Shown piece by piece: positions 28,601 to 36,754 of a stretch of DNA of 64,000 bases. Location: positions 1 to 64,000 of IMG/VR virus record IMGVR_UViG_3300012988_000016. One strand, given 5' to 3'. Each line of letters opens with the position of its first letter. The stretch's first letter is position 1. Under the pieces are notes generated by a model. The model ran no database searches. It was not told the origin of the DNA and was given only the letters and a program-made list of their open reading frames with translations. The translations under genes and the position numbers were made by a program.

Positions 28601-29791
28601 ACTGCGGATGCGGTAACCCTATCGGATTCTCCCCTTGTATCTCTGTTTTCTGAAAAGGCCGCCTCTGATACGATTCAGGCCACAGATCAAAATACACTCT
28701 CGCTAGAGTTCGGCCGATTCCTGGTTGATTCAGTGACAGTGTCCGAGCAGTTGGTTCCAGACACCAGCTATGTTCGCCCTGTTTCTGATGCGATCGTTGT
28801 TTCAGACCAGAGCTCAATCTCCTCGGTCTACGAAAAGACGATTCTGGACACAATCTTCGTTGTGGATAGCCGTGCCGTAAGTTTGGACCAGAACCGGTCA
28901 AACAATGACGTCATCAGCTGTCTGGACCAGTGCACCCTGGCGTCTGAATACGTCAAAGTACTTCAAGACAGCATCCAGCTAGCTGAACAGCTGATCCCGT
29001 CTACCGACTACATCCGAAGCATCGCTACGGATTTGATCGACACCACTGAGCAGTTGATCGTTGAGAATGAGCGGGGGACAGTTGTTGAAGACGCCCCCAT
29101 CAGCGTCTCTGACGCGCTGTTGGCCGAAACTTCGTACCGTAGGTCAGCTTTTGACGCCTTGGACATCTCTGAGGTCTTGCTAGCGGAGACCCAGTACGTC
29201 AGAGACACTCAGCCGGACTCTATCAGCTGTCTGGATGGAGCTGAGGCTGCTATCGAGACCTTCCTTAACTTTTTGGATGACCTTGAGGTTTCGGATCAGA
29301 TCGTCATCTTCACCGAATCCAATTTCTCAATCGTCGAAGATGATGGGATTACGGTGTTCGACGACACGATCGTCAGAATCCTTAACAATGGGGTCGGTCC
29401 CAGCATCTCGGCGGATACTAACGCTGTCAAACGCTTCCGGTACATGCAGCAACTTCAGCGTGGGGACCTCTGTATCAGGACTTCAGATGCGACGGGTCCG
29501 TATGGGCCGGCGGCGGTCTATTACCGGCTCTACCAGATTTCTAAGTCTGGGGCCCCTATGATGGTAGGAGGGCGTCAGAAAGCTGTCAATGGGGCTGTAG
29601 GGGAGTTCTACGTCATAGGTTTGGCGGGTGAACACGGTCAACCAGGCGAATGGTTGATCAGATGGGAAATCCAAGATTCGGCTCAATCACCTATCCAGAC
29701 GGTGGACCAACGATTCCTGGTTTTGGATGCTTTGGCGTTGAATCCCAATGGGGGTTTTCCGCCTAGAGTCAACAAGTATGGTTGGGAATGA
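25655..29791 (+). CDS. Giant Ser/Thr/Asp-rich repeat protein (putative fibre/whisker) with a C-terminal Ig-like domain
   Basis: Dozens of SDTxSxTDS-type repeats; globular C-terminal region of about 100 aa similar to the N-terminus of 29830..30720. Confidence 0.8.
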   Translation: MSWSFGFVLFGEGVLPSTIDVVTSTDSIAVTDIGFNPYLQLSDTVAVTSSAVIEFFDGNVIAITDSSVADFPTTSAIDRSASDTVAVTDSATLQNVFDRSSSDTLVVTEDVVWDLYFNVDSISTSDSTLRSLEYNRSVSDTVSVTDSESNQVDKTLSDSVTLTDSTVASREYSILLGDTVSVTDAESNLVDKGVSDSIALTDSITVTLGTLIDISLSTDTIATTDAANTSMVFNVSANDTVSTTDSTVVEFIISVIDRSGNDSIAVTDSIFEERFLEVAASDTASITDSIVVSATYERASNDTVATTSSAVLEFYDGNQVTITDSSVADFPVTGVIDRSASDSISITDSATLQNVFERLPSDTIVVAEDLVWDLYRPADTITLTDANTLSVEYGRSVSDTVSVTDAESNQVDKGVSDSIALTDSAALSIEYGRTGSDSIAVSDQIQRETSFPQDSVSVSDTAVISLEYSRSANDTLTVTDNVSIGQTIDTALSTDSAALTDSTLLSIEYGRLVSDTISTSDSILVSAEFGRLLSDTCSIAEQTFIEKTFPQDSVTVTDSTIVGSEYSVIGSDAIVLSDSIQTSSQFDRTIQDSIVTSDFAFPEIESALTDVISILDTSATSIEYGVSTSDSILITDQTLREKTFPQDTVSVTDQTTLSSVYSLTASDALSIIDDVSATTSQSIDLFLNDSITVTDLTSTSSEYAKSLSDTLAATDQGSTEVTFNRTLTDSILTSEQLLVEKTFISDVVTLVDSQSTSLEIGVLASDTIQVSDQTLREKTFPQDAILVSDSLVLSSQYQRYLADTLQILDDVSATASQATDLFFNDSIVVTDQTLLSSVYSLTISDSLAILDSTVVDVQSTSSDTISVSDAVTAGLEKALALSDSVTTADSFLLGFEYGRNPIDSIVLADQTIPSIDKDRSASDTISTSDSFLRSLEYGRLLSDSISLTDSSIVDLFQGLSVFVADSAVITDQLIPSTDYIRLTADAVTLSDSPLVSLFSEKAASDTIQATDQNTLSLEFGRFLVDSVTVSEQLVPDTSYVRPVSDAIVVSDQSSISSVYEKTILDTIFVVDSRAVSLDQNRSNNDVISCLDQCTLASEYVKVLQDSIQLAEQLIPSTDYIRSIATDLIDTTEQLIVENERGTVVEDAPISVSDALLAETSYRRSAFDALDISEVLLAETQYVRDTQPDSISCLDGAEAAIETFLNFLDDLEVSDQIVIFTESNFSIVEDDGITVFDDTIVRILNNGVGPSISADTNAVKRFRYMQQLQRGDLCIRTSDATGPYGPAAVYYRLYQISKSGAPMMVGGRQKAVNGAVGEFYVIGLAGEHGQPGEWLIRWEIQDSAQSPIQTVDQRFLVLDALALNPNGGFPPRVNKYGWE
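25778..26926 (+). repeat. Internal 372-nt (124-aa) duplication: 25778-26149 and 26555-26926
   Basis: DTVAVTSSAVIEFFDGN...NQVDKTLSDSVTLTDS vs DTVATTSSAVLEFYDGN...NQVDKGVSDSIALTDS. Confidence 0.9.
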
Positions 29792-29829
29792 TGGCGCTTT
29801 CATTGATTAGGTGGTCTTAAGGAGTAGAG

Positions 29830-30720
29830 ATGTCGGTAGCATTTTACAAGGGTCAGCAATTGGGTTCCAAGGACCTTGACATTTGCCTAGCAAATGCGTC
29901 GGACTACCCTATCAATGCGGCTGAAATATCCTACGCTCTATACGACCTGACCACTGGCAAAGAAGTGTTGCTGGGAGTACCCCGCAGAGATCCGGCCAAC
30001 GATTCGGTCGGACATTACTATGCCAGTATCGTGATCCCCAAAGACGCTCGTATCGGAGATTACCGAATTCGCTGGGTATTCAGGGAAGTGGCGGGGGGTA
30101 AGATTCATCAGGTGGTGCAAGAATTCAACGTCATCGACGGGGCGGCCGGACCGATGGTGATCGTCCCCTGTTCAGAGATCGCGTTGGTGAGGAGTCTTCG
30201 GATCCTTCTCAGGGACAACAACCCTGACCGAAATTACCACTTTCGACCGCCTGCCCATGAGGAGACGATCACTCAGTTAAATCGAGTGTTCGGCTACATT
30301 TGGGAAGATGAGGAACTGGCTGAATACTTGCTCCGCTCTCTCGACATGGTGTCGGCTGCCCCTCCCCGTACCCCCATTCCTTCTTTTGACGCCCTGTTTC
30401 GAGACTACCCTGACTGGCGAACCTTGGTGATCAATGGGGCGATGATGTACGCCTTGCGGGCAGTTGCGATCAATTGGGTGGCAGATGAGTTTGGCTACAG
30501 TATTGGAGGAATCTCTCTAGATCTGGAGAAATCGTCCAAATACCAACAACTCTCCCAGGATGTCAAAGACTCCTTTGACAGCCAACTTGAGAAAGCTAAG
30601 GCGACGGTCAAGATCATCAAAGGTTTGCAGCAGCCCCGATACGGGATCGGTATTCGGAGCTCGTTTGGGCCGTATGTGGGATCAGGTGTGTTGAGCCCAC
30701 GAAAGTTCGTCGGATTCTGA
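29830..30720 (+). CDS. Head-tail adaptor (neck) protein with an N-terminal Ig-like domain
   Basis: RSLRILLRD...IWEDEELAEYL...YSIGGISLD resembles the SPP1 gp15/HK97 gp6-type adaptor pattern. Confidence 0.65.
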   Translation: MSVAFYKGQQLGSKDLDICLANASDYPINAAEISYALYDLTTGKEVLLGVPRRDPANDSVGHYYASIVIPKDARIGDYRIRWVFREVAGGKIHQVVQEFNVIDGAAGPMVIVPCSEIALVRSLRILLRDNNPDRNYHFRPPAHEETITQLNRVFGYIWEDEELAEYLLRSLDMVSAAPPRTPIPSFDALFRDYPDWRTLVINGAMMYALRAVAINWVADEFGYSIGGISLDLEKSSKYQQLSQDVKDSFDSQLEKAKATVKIIKGLQQPRYGIGIRSSFGPYVGSGVLSPRKFVGF

Positions 30721-30799
30721 ACTATTACACTTTAGATGTAATTCGCTTCATAAGGCGAATGCCTTCTAGCTGAGGTGGGGCTGGTGTAAGTTACCGGCC

Positions 30800-31090
30800 A
30801 TGGACATCAAGACGTGTGCTTGTGGTCAGGTGTTCTCCTCTTTTAGAGTGTTGGCAGCTCACCACAAGGACTGCACTGTGTGGCAGGATCAATTGGGTCA
30901 GTGTGAAATATGTAAGCGGCGCCACTATCGCCATGTACAGGTTTGCCCAAATGAAGGTGAGGACCGCAATCGTCGGCGCCTCATTGAGAAACATGGTATA
31001 CCTCAAGGCCTGTTCGAGGATTGTTTGCGAGAACTGAACAAACAATACTCGGACGGCCGCCTCAAATCAAAGAGAGCCTATGACAACTAA
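30800..31090 (+). CDS. Small zinc-finger protein
   Basis: CACG...HHKDC; CEIC...H...C. Confidence 0.65.
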   Translation: MDIKTCACGQVFSSFRVLAAHHKDCTVWQDQLGQCEICKRRHYRHVQVCPNEGEDRNRRRLIEKHGIPQGLFEDCLRELNKQYSDGRLKSKRAYDN

Positions 31091-31370
31091 GAAGAATCTG
31101 ACGACAGAGGACCCTGTAGAACCTTCTACTTTGGAGGAATTGCGTAGTTTGCAGGAGGCTAGAGCAGGGATTGCCGACAACTTGCTGTCGCTGGAGCAAG
31201 AACGGATCCAGTTGTTGGCGGCGGCCCGAAAGGTTGACGATCAACGCACTCGACTTTTCGAGAAATGCTTGATTGATCGTGGGCTGAGCAGCAATACGAT
31301 TGCCGAGATAGATGCCAAGACTGGCAAACTGTTGGTGATTCAGACGACCGCTAGTCCCCCGAAGACCTGA
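31080..31370 (+). CDS. Small coiled-coil protein
   Basis: Heptad LEELRSL...LLSLEQERIQLL. Confidence 0.7.
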   Translation: MTTKKNLTTEDPVEPSTLEELRSLQEARAGIADNLLSLEQERIQLLAAARKVDDQRTRLFEKCLIDRGLSSNTIAEIDAKTGKLLVIQTTASPPKT

Positions 31371-31411
31371 TTTTTTTATCAGATGGCTGAATGGAGAGGT
31401 GCCATTCAGCC

Positions 31412-32767
31412 ATGCCTTACGCTTCAAATCGAGACCGCGATCCGCCTACACTCGAATTGGTGAAAGTTGCTGAACCCGCGGCACCTCTCAACCTTTTCAT
31501 GACGAGTGGGTATCAGCCGGGGGTGGTAGACCTATCTTGGACGGACCCTTCCCAACTTTCGGTCAACAGTAATTTCCAGATCTGTGGGGTCAACATTTAT
31601 CGGAGCTTTGACTCCGAATTTGGCCCCTACGATAGGATCAACCCCTATCCTCTGGGCGGCACGTTTTGGCGAGATCAGACCAACAATGTGTTGGTTCAGG
31701 ATGAGCAGGTTACCGATTGGGTAATGTTTGGGGATGCGGTAGCCGCGCAAAGAAACGCTCCTCGATACGTCTTTAGGACTAGTTTTGGCCCGATCGTCAA
31801 GGAGGGTTCTCAAAACATCCCCGCCAACACACCCTCTGACGTTGAGGTGAGAATTGATGGGATGGTGGCCCGAGTGGCCCGAGTGACGGGTGAGACGTGG
31901 GAGGTGGAGATAGACCCCAATCCCTATCCAAACGTCACCACTCAGCTGATGGACCCTGGGATCGTTCCAGGCCCTGACAGTGTGGTGACGGTCTCCTATC
32001 GGTACAACAGGTCTTTCGTTAGAACAGACCTGAGTCAGCGTATCTTCTATCGTGTCACCACCGTGGGGACGATGCTTAGCACACTTGCTGGCCCAGCAGA
32101 TCCTCATGAGCTGTTGGAGACGCAACTTGCCCGAGCCACTCTCACCAGCACCTTCGAATTAGAGAAGGTGGATTGGGTGTGGCGGGAAGCGGTTCGTCGG
32201 AATCGGTGGATTCTTGACCAGGGTGGGGAGCGGGTCAAAGTTTTCATTCGGAAGCAGGTTGGGCCTGTTTGCCCTTGCTTCAATACCCTCACCCATCACC
32301 AACCTGTAAGTGACTGTACCATCTGCTATGGGGTGGGCGTCATAGGCGGGTATGAAGGGCCGTACGACATCATCCTCGCCCCTGACGATGCGGAACGGAA
32401 GATAGGTCAGCGAGACACAGGCCGCACAGTAGAGCACTCGTACGAGGTCTGGACGACATCCAGTCCGTTGCTTTCTCAGCGAGACTTCATCGTCAAGATC
32501 AACGGTGAGCGATACAGTATAGGTCCAGTCAGGATGCCCTCCAACCGAGGTATGTTGCTACAACAACATTTCAACATAGGTCATCTGGACGAGAAGATGA
32601 TCCAGTACAGAGTTCCGATTGACGGGCCGAATCGCTTCTTGCCCAACCAGGCGGCTGAACTGGTGCCTCCTCTAAACTCTCCCGCTCAGATCACTGATAA
32701 GCCTGAGATTCCGGATGAACGGGAACTAAAAGGCCGCACCAAAACATGGGTTAACATCGTTTACTGA
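31412..32767 (+). CDS. Head closure/neck protein with an FN3-like N-terminus and a Cys cluster
   Basis: PAAPLNL...VDLSW...NIYRS (FN3-like); CPC...CTICYGVG..GGY typical of large-myophage head-closure proteins; GGAGAGGT RBS before ATG 31412. Confidence 0.65.
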   Translation: MPYASNRDRDPPTLELVKVAEPAAPLNLFMTSGYQPGVVDLSWTDPSQLSVNSNFQICGVNIYRSFDSEFGPYDRINPYPLGGTFWRDQTNNVLVQDEQVTDWVMFGDAVAAQRNAPRYVFRTSFGPIVKEGSQNIPANTPSDVEVRIDGMVARVARVTGETWEVEIDPNPYPNVTTQLMDPGIVPGPDSVVTVSYRYNRSFVRTDLSQRIFYRVTTVGTMLSTLAGPADPHELLETQLARATLTSTFELEKVDWVWREAVRRNRWILDQGGERVKVFIRKQVGPVCPCFNTLTHHQPVSDCTICYGVGVIGGYEGPYDIILAPDDAERKIGQRDTGRTVEHSYEVWTTSSPLLSQRDFIVKINGERYSIGPVRMPSNRGMLLQQHFNIGHLDEKMIQYRVPIDGPNRFLPNQAAELVPPLNSPAQITDKPEIPDERELKGRTKTWVNIVY

Positions 32768-33264
32768 TGATCGCTCTACCCAAAATACGTATCAATTACA
32801 AGCCCTTGGTACCCAAAGGAGCACTCGATAAGTTTGAGCCCAAGAAGGTATTGAAGTCCCTTCAACGTCAAATCCTCGAAGAAATACGACGAGAGATTGA
32901 GGAATACGCCTTTTCCCCTAGAGCCAAGAGGGCTTTGAAGAAGGGTCTGAAGACCAGAATCTACGAGAGCAGCCTCATAGTGACCGCCACTCACCCCGCT
33001 TTCTTCCCCTTGTTGGAGGGGCGCAAGAGGGAACAAATGACTTGGCTGACCAAGGCTAGGCGGCCCATTCCAATCATCCTCGATACAGGAGAACTGATCT
33101 TTAGGTCCGCCACCCCCAGATCGATGGCTAGGGGTCGATGGTATCACCCTCGACGAGAATCTACCCATATTATCGACAAAGCGAGAGATGCTGCTCGAAC
33201 CGTCATCAAGAGACGTCTGGTGAGAGCGCTCCAGAAAACCCTACAAGATACCCTAAAGAGATAA
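32767..33264 (+). CDS. Neck/tail completion protein (HK97 gp10-like position)
   Basis: Very basic, 165 aa; WYHP..ESTHIIDKA resembles the gp10-like HPG...P.F end; directly follows head closure. Confidence 0.55.
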   Translation: MIALPKIRINYKPLVPKGALDKFEPKKVLKSLQRQILEEIRREIEEYAFSPRAKRALKKGLKTRIYESSLIVTATHPAFFPLLEGRKREQMTWLTKARRPIPIILDTGELIFRSATPRSMARGRWYHPRRESTHIIDKARDAARTVIKRRLVRALQKTLQDTLKR

Positions 33265-33265
33265 A

Positions 33266-33868
33266 ATGAGCGATTCAGGCGGAGTTTCAGTCGTGTGTCT
33301 GACTATGGGTGGGCACTTTGTACCAGACATCAAGGTCGATATCCCCCATCGAGAGCAGATCTTCATAAAGATGGAGGACTACCTCAGATCGAGAGACCTT
33401 CATCGAGCCATCAATTCTGGGATCGTTTTTAAACTAGACACGGTGACCGTACGTCAACCAGTGGAGTCTGCCGTGGATATTGAGAGAATGGCCCAGCTGG
33501 AACTAGAGAACGCTCGCCTCAAAGAGGCTCTGGAACGGGCCAATAAGGTCAACTCAGACCTACATTCGGGGATGGCCAATCTCCAGCAACAGATGACCAA
33601 CGTCCTGTCTGCTTTGGGGCGCATAGAAGCCGCCCCAACCACGACTATTGTGCAACAAGTATCTGGACCTGGGGGTTATGTGCCGGCAAGTCAGAATACT
33701 GGTCCAGTAAGCGAAGCGGTGGGTGGGGAGGCCCCCATGTTTCTCCCAGACCTGAGTCAGGACTTGGGGGAGGCCAGAATCCAAATCACTGAGCAAGTTA
33801 GTGATGGGGATGTCTCTGGACCAGCTTCTAAGCTCCGTCAACTACGTGGTGGCGGCAAGAAGAAGTGA
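33266..33868 (+). CDS. Coiled-coil protein with a basic C-terminal helix (putative actin adaptor)
   Basis: N-terminal small domain (SRDLHRAINSG), heptad coiled coil, disordered linker, ends ASKLRQLRGGGKKK. Confidence 0.7.
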   Translation: MSDSGGVSVVCLTMGGHFVPDIKVDIPHREQIFIKMEDYLRSRDLHRAINSGIVFKLDTVTVRQPVESAVDIERMAQLELENARLKEALERANKVNSDLHSGMANLQQQMTNVLSALGRIEAAPTTTIVQQVSGPGGYVPASQNTGPVSEAVGGEAPMFLPDLSQDLGEARIQITEQVSDGDVSGPASKLRQLRGGGKKK

Positions 33869-33903
33869 TTCTTCTTTTGATTCGATCAGCCTAGGGTAAG
33901 CCT

Positions 33904-34551
33904 ATGCTGAAGCGAATTGCACAAGACCCCCATCAGGAGAACATTCGTGTAGTCTGGCACGAACCTACGCAATTCGATCATTTGCGGCACGGCCCTCCCT
34001 ATCTGCCAAAATCCTATGAGGCTGTAAAGCTTGGTAAGGATCAAAGACTCGAAGTCAAACAGATCGTCAGGACCTCGGCGGTCAAGATGGCTGGTGGGGG
34101 GACGATGCTTTCGATGTTGGCCATGCTTCAGGCGTTGGCTTTGCTTCATCAAACTCATCACTGGAGCACCTCAGGGGTTAGCTTCAGTGGGGACCACTTG
34201 CTTTTCGAGAGACTCTACAACGAGTCTCTCGAACTTATTGACCAATTGGCTGAACGGATCATTGGGTCGGGAGATTCAACCACCATCACTGCATTCGAAC
34301 AAGCGACCGTTATGGCGGACTTGTTGGTTGCGTTGGGACCGGTCAAATCTCCCGAGGACATGGTTCGCATCAGTCTGGGGGCCGAGGCCACGTGTGTGAC
34401 TGCCATTTCTCAACTGATTGCCACCATGAAGGCAGCCGGTACTCTGAGTCACGGTATCAGCAAACTGTTGGAAGACATTGCAGATAAGCACGAGACCTTC
34501 GTCTATCTGCTCAAGCAACGTTCTCAAACGGAGACCTACGATTTCCGTTGA
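33904..34551 (+). CDS. Dps/ferritin-like protein with an N-terminal extension
   Basis: HQTHHW...GDHLLFERLYNE...IDQLAERI and IADKHETFVYLL match the Dps ferroxidase signature. Confidence 0.8.
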   Translation: MLKRIAQDPHQENIRVVWHEPTQFDHLRHGPPYLPKSYEAVKLGKDQRLEVKQIVRTSAVKMAGGGTMLSMLAMLQALALLHQTHHWSTSGVSFSGDHLLFERLYNESLELIDQLAERIIGSGDSTTITAFEQATVMADLLVALGPVKSPEDMVRISLGAEATCVTAISQLIATMKAAGTLSHGISKLLEDIADKHETFVYLLKQRSQTETYDFR

Positions 34552-34571
34552 AAAAACCAAAGGTAAAACAC

Positions 34572-35600
34572 ATGAAAAAAGATGAAGGTAAATCTGTCAG
34601 TCTAGGTGTCGGTCTGGACATTGGTACCATGAACATCGTTTCCGCCAGATCGAAAGATGGTGGCGTGGTGACCAAGCGAGTGCGTGACGCCTTTTTGGAC
34701 TTAGAACTAGCTGCAAAGCGTAGCTTGAAAATGTCCAAAGTCGACTACGTGGAACGTGAGACAGATGGAGCCTTGTTGGTGCTGGGTGATTCGGCATTGA
34801 CGATGGCCAATCTGTTCAAGCGTGAGGCTCGACGGCCCCTCAGCCGAGGCTTGATTGCCGCTGGCGAAATCGACGCTCAAGAGGTGTTGGGGCTGCTGAT
34901 CAATCAAGTGCTGGGCGATCCCCAGGAAGACGGTGAGCACTGCTTCTACAGCGTGCCAGCGGCCCCGATCGACGACCCCTCTCAGGACGTGATTTTCCAC
35001 ACAGAAGTCTTCCGTAAGATCGTCCGAGACTTCGGCTACCACGCCCATCCGATGAATGAAGCCATGGCAATCATCTACAGCCAGTGTGCCGAGGAGAACT
35101 TCTCCGGCTTGGCGGTCAGTTTCGGTGCGGGTATGGCGAACATTGCCCTGTCCTACCAGGCCAACAAGGCCTTGGATTTCGCTCTAGCGCGAGGTGGTGA
35201 CTGGATTGACGCTCAATCGGCCAAGGCGCTTGGAAAGACAGCTTCTCAGATGTGCACCATCAAAGAGAAGGGGATCGACCTCCGTAAACCCAATGGTCGT
35301 GAAGAACAAGCGATCGTTCTCTACGTCAGGAGCCTGATTGACTACACCCTTCAGAATGTGGCGGCACAGTTCAAGAAGGTGAAGAACGACATCGCTCTAC
35401 CAGACCCAATTCCGTTTGTCGTTTCTGGCGGCACCACCAAAGCGGGCGGCTTCCTCGATATTTTCAAGGAAGAGTTCGAATCTCACAAGAAGCGCTTCCC
35501 GATCCAGATTAGCGAGATCCGTCTCGCCAAGGATCCGATGACCGCTGTGGCGGAGGGCATGCTGGTACTCGCCTCTGAAGAACACGAATCAGATAAGTAA
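34572..35600 (+). CDS. Actin-fold ATPase (volactin-like)
   Basis: GLDIGTMNI (phosphate 1), MNEAMA (connect 1), VSFGAGMANI (phosphate 2), VVSGGTT (adenosine), DPMTAVAEG (connect 2). The start could extend to TTG 34548. Confidence 0.9.
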   Translation: MKKDEGKSVSLGVGLDIGTMNIVSARSKDGGVVTKRVRDAFLDLELAAKRSLKMSKVDYVERETDGALLVLGDSALTMANLFKREARRPLSRGLIAAGEIDAQEVLGLLINQVLGDPQEDGEHCFYSVPAAPIDDPSQDVIFHTEVFRKIVRDFGYHAHPMNEAMAIIYSQCAEENFSGLAVSFGAGMANIALSYQANKALDFALARGGDWIDAQSAKALGKTASQMCTIKEKGIDLRKPNGREEQAIVLYVRSLIDYTLQNVAAQFKKVKNDIALPDPIPFVVSGGTTKAGGFLDIFKEEFESHKKRFPIQISEIRLAKDPMTAVAEGMLVLASEEHESDK

Positions 35601-35614
35601 GGGAGAGTGGGCCA

Positions 35615-36754
35615 GTGTACTACAACTTGGTAGGACCCCTGAAGCGGCGAGTCATCCTTGAACTGAAGGACAGCTTTTCGAATCATCCTGTCTACAACAA
35701 GATCGTTCCGTTCATTCAGAACCGATTCTCGTTTGAGGAACGTCCTCAATTCGGGATCGTCATCAAGGGGTCCAGTACCAATAAGGTGCAGCTGGCGGCG
35801 GACAACTACGTGGGCACTGTTCAAAGCCATGTAATGTTGGCCTATGTGGGGCAACCTGAGTATCCTTTGGAATGGGTAAGAGAGGATTCTAGGGTAGTGA
35901 CCAAGAATGGGGGGATGCCCACTCCTCCTGGGGTCTATTTGATGGAGATCCTGACTGCTCCTACGGTCAACGGTGAAGACGGCTTCTTCGTCATCGATCC
36001 TATGTATACGGTAATCGATCGTCCCTTGATCGTCACTAGAGCGGGCATGACAGTAGACGCTCAATTGGAAAACCTGCCGCTTCAGAATACGTTGCGGCTC
36101 TATGCCAACAACTCTTTCTTTCTCAAAGAGGGGTTGGACTATACGGTAGATTACGATACCGGTAGGGTTACCTTCATCACCATCTTGCCAGCCAACACAC
36201 AGGTGTCGGCGGACTATAGGTGGGCAGGAGAATCGATAGGGCCAGTGGCGTTTCAGTGGAATCAAGCCAATTGGACCACTCTTCCAGGGGTAGTGTTGGC
36301 TTTTGGGAAAAGGTCCGCCCCAAAACAGAAGGTGGCGGTGGTGGTCTACCAGGATCGAATCGATGCTGCCGAGGCGTACGGCGGGAAGTTCGAAGTCAGT
36401 TTTGACTTCGATGTGATTGCCAGGGATCCGATGCAGATGGAGGAGATCGCAGATCTGACCACCATGTATCTGTTGGCTGACAAGAAGAGTCAATTGGAAT
36501 TCGAAGGAATCGAGATCTTAGATGTCTCGATGGGCAGCGAGGCTGAGGAAATAGCAGATGAGACGGGAGAGAACTTCTTCTACCAAGCCTCTATGTCGCT
36601 GCAATTGAGAGCTGATTGGGAAGTGCACGTGCCGCTTCCATTGGTGATTAGCAAGATTAATTCCGGAGGTATCACTCCTGTTGCTTCCGACGTGTTGTTC
36701 AGAACACACCCTATTCTTCAGAGAAGAGATGATGATTATGAGAGGATCGGCTGA
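35615..36754 (+). CDS. Tail completion/terminator protein
   Basis: Precedes the sheath; C-terminal FEVSFDFDVIARD...YQASMSLQLRADW beta pattern fits tail terminators. Confidence 0.55.
   Translation: MYYNLVGPLKRRVILELKDSFSNHPVYNKIVPFIQNRFSFEERPQFGIVIKGSSTNKVQLAADNYVGTVQSHVMLAYVGQPEYPLEWVREDSRVVTKNGGMPTPPGVYLMEILTAPTVNGEDGFFVIDPMYTVIDRPLIVTRAGMTVDAQLENLPLQNTLRLYANNSFFLKEGLDYTVDYDTGRVTFITILPANTQVSADYRWAGESIGPVAFQWNQANWTTLPGVVLAFGKRSAPKQKVAVVVYQDRIDAAEAYGGKFEVSFDFDVIARDPMQMEEIADLTTMYLLADKKSQLEFEGIEILDVSMGSEAEEIADETGENFFYQASMSLQLRADWEVHVPLPLVISKINSGGITPVASDVLFRTHPILQRRDDDYERIG

Noticed and set aside
24438-29791. Diversity-generating retroelement target
   Set aside because: No reverse transcriptase and no adenine-specific TR/VR pair; the duplications differ at all base types.
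34572-35600. Archaeal host inferred from the volactin-like gene
   Set aside because: The Shine-Dalgarno signals, family-1 UNG, UvrD and putative peptidoglycan amidase fit a bacterial host better; one gene is insufficient evidence.
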